Positions 63,301-64,000 of a stretch of DNA of 64,000 nucleotides are shown here, piece after piece. The stretch spans positions 110,990 to 174,989 of the forward strand of contig DF236953.1 of the NCBI GenBank assembly GCA_000708835.1. Direction: 5' to 3'. A program made the translations under genes and the position numbers. Positions within the stretch are counted from its first letter, which is position 1; the number at the start of each line of letters is the position of its first letter. The notes beneath the pieces are model-generated. The model saw nothing but the letters and a program-made list of their open reading frames with translations. It was not told the DNA's origin and made no database searches. Source of the stretch: Klebsormidium nitens (Eukaryota > Plantae > Klebsormidiophyceae).

Positions 63301-63916
63301 GAATTGGAAAACATCCTGCATCTATGAAAAAGGGGACGAAAATGTTCAGCAGACTCGACCGACATTCTGCACTTTGACAATGAGCCCCTGTGTCCCGTCC
63401 ACTTATTAACGGTCAAAAATTGGCTGAGAAGGGGAACAGGACGGTCACGGTGTCTTGTGACCGTCCGTTACGTTGCGGCAATGTTTGACTGCTACTGTAA
63501 TGCCACATTTGACGCAATTTGTACAGCAGTTTGCCTGTAAACCGTCACGATTCTGGCGAGCGGAGCACGCGCGCTGTGCACGATAGCTCGGTGCGACACC
63601 CCTGCATAATCAGTGACGTCACCAGCAAAACCTGGAAAATGAAGTCGTCACTTTTCGACCGGATTGAGTTCCGATTGGCGTTCGTGAGTCACAGATCGTG
63701 CAAAGTAAGGCCGCCAGTGCCAGAATCGTGCACACCATTCTGGTCGTCGATGTTCTCGTGACAAGTTTCACGGCAACCGCTGACGTAACCCTGATTCTTT
63801 GGCCGCGCAGGTACGAACCGCCGGAGGACAGCCACGCCCCCGCAGACGCTGAGCTTCGACGCTTGCGGGACATCTTGGCGAGGCTCGAAATGGACAGAGA
63901 GGACGTTACAAACTGA
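57346..63916 (+). CDS. Sfi1-like Trp-repeat protein (putative centrin-binding) with IQ-like motif and long disordered N-terminus
   Basis: Phase-consistent exons: 57346-59310, 59822-59947, 60521-60724, 61074-61316, 61626-~61837, 62367-62478, 62884-63053, 63811-63916. IQ-like AAVMITRFVRGFLCRK is followed by recurrent helical [F/L]xxW motifs: AEAAFRAW, AKALRAWR, GRTFREWK, WGVWDTWH, ARAFRRWQ, RVVFTAWL. Confidence 0.6.
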
Positions 63917-64000
63917 TCAACGGGTGTATATAGAGAAGCATGACATCATGATCTGCGCCGCCAGCTCAACTCCATGGCAACGGCAATTTGCGGAACCAAA

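Overview
Intron-rich eukaryotic nuclear DNA. GC-rich exons, GT-AG introns and a plant-like gene set suggest a streptophyte alga of the Klebsormidium type (inference). I spliced eight loci by hand with phase-consistent exons. (1) A Crinkler/FunK1-like coiled-coil + PD-(D/E)xK nuclease-fold + kinase-like gene (minus, ~744-5071, interrupted by an N gap). (2) A RAD5/HLTF-type SNF2-RING-HELICc locus with an N-terminal RIN13-like Cys/His domain, carrying three in-frame stops (5993-15974). (3) A 15-exon class III heme peroxidase with a long C-terminal extension and a GPI-like tail (minus, 17115-27576). (4) A short coiled-coil protein (29221/29341-31069). (5) An FBL17 F-box/LRR orthologue (minus, 33221-40568). 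(6) A plant-type small multi-pass membrane protein (42619-~46932) whose last intron holds a ~170-bp tandem array of duplicated splice-acceptor plus exon-start modules. (7) A low-complexity ECTFxP-repeat protein (minus, ~48944-54485). (8) An Sfi1-like Trp-repeat protein (57346-63916). No rRNA, tRNA, CRISPR array or intact transposon was recognised. Family assignments rest on recalled motifs, not database searches.
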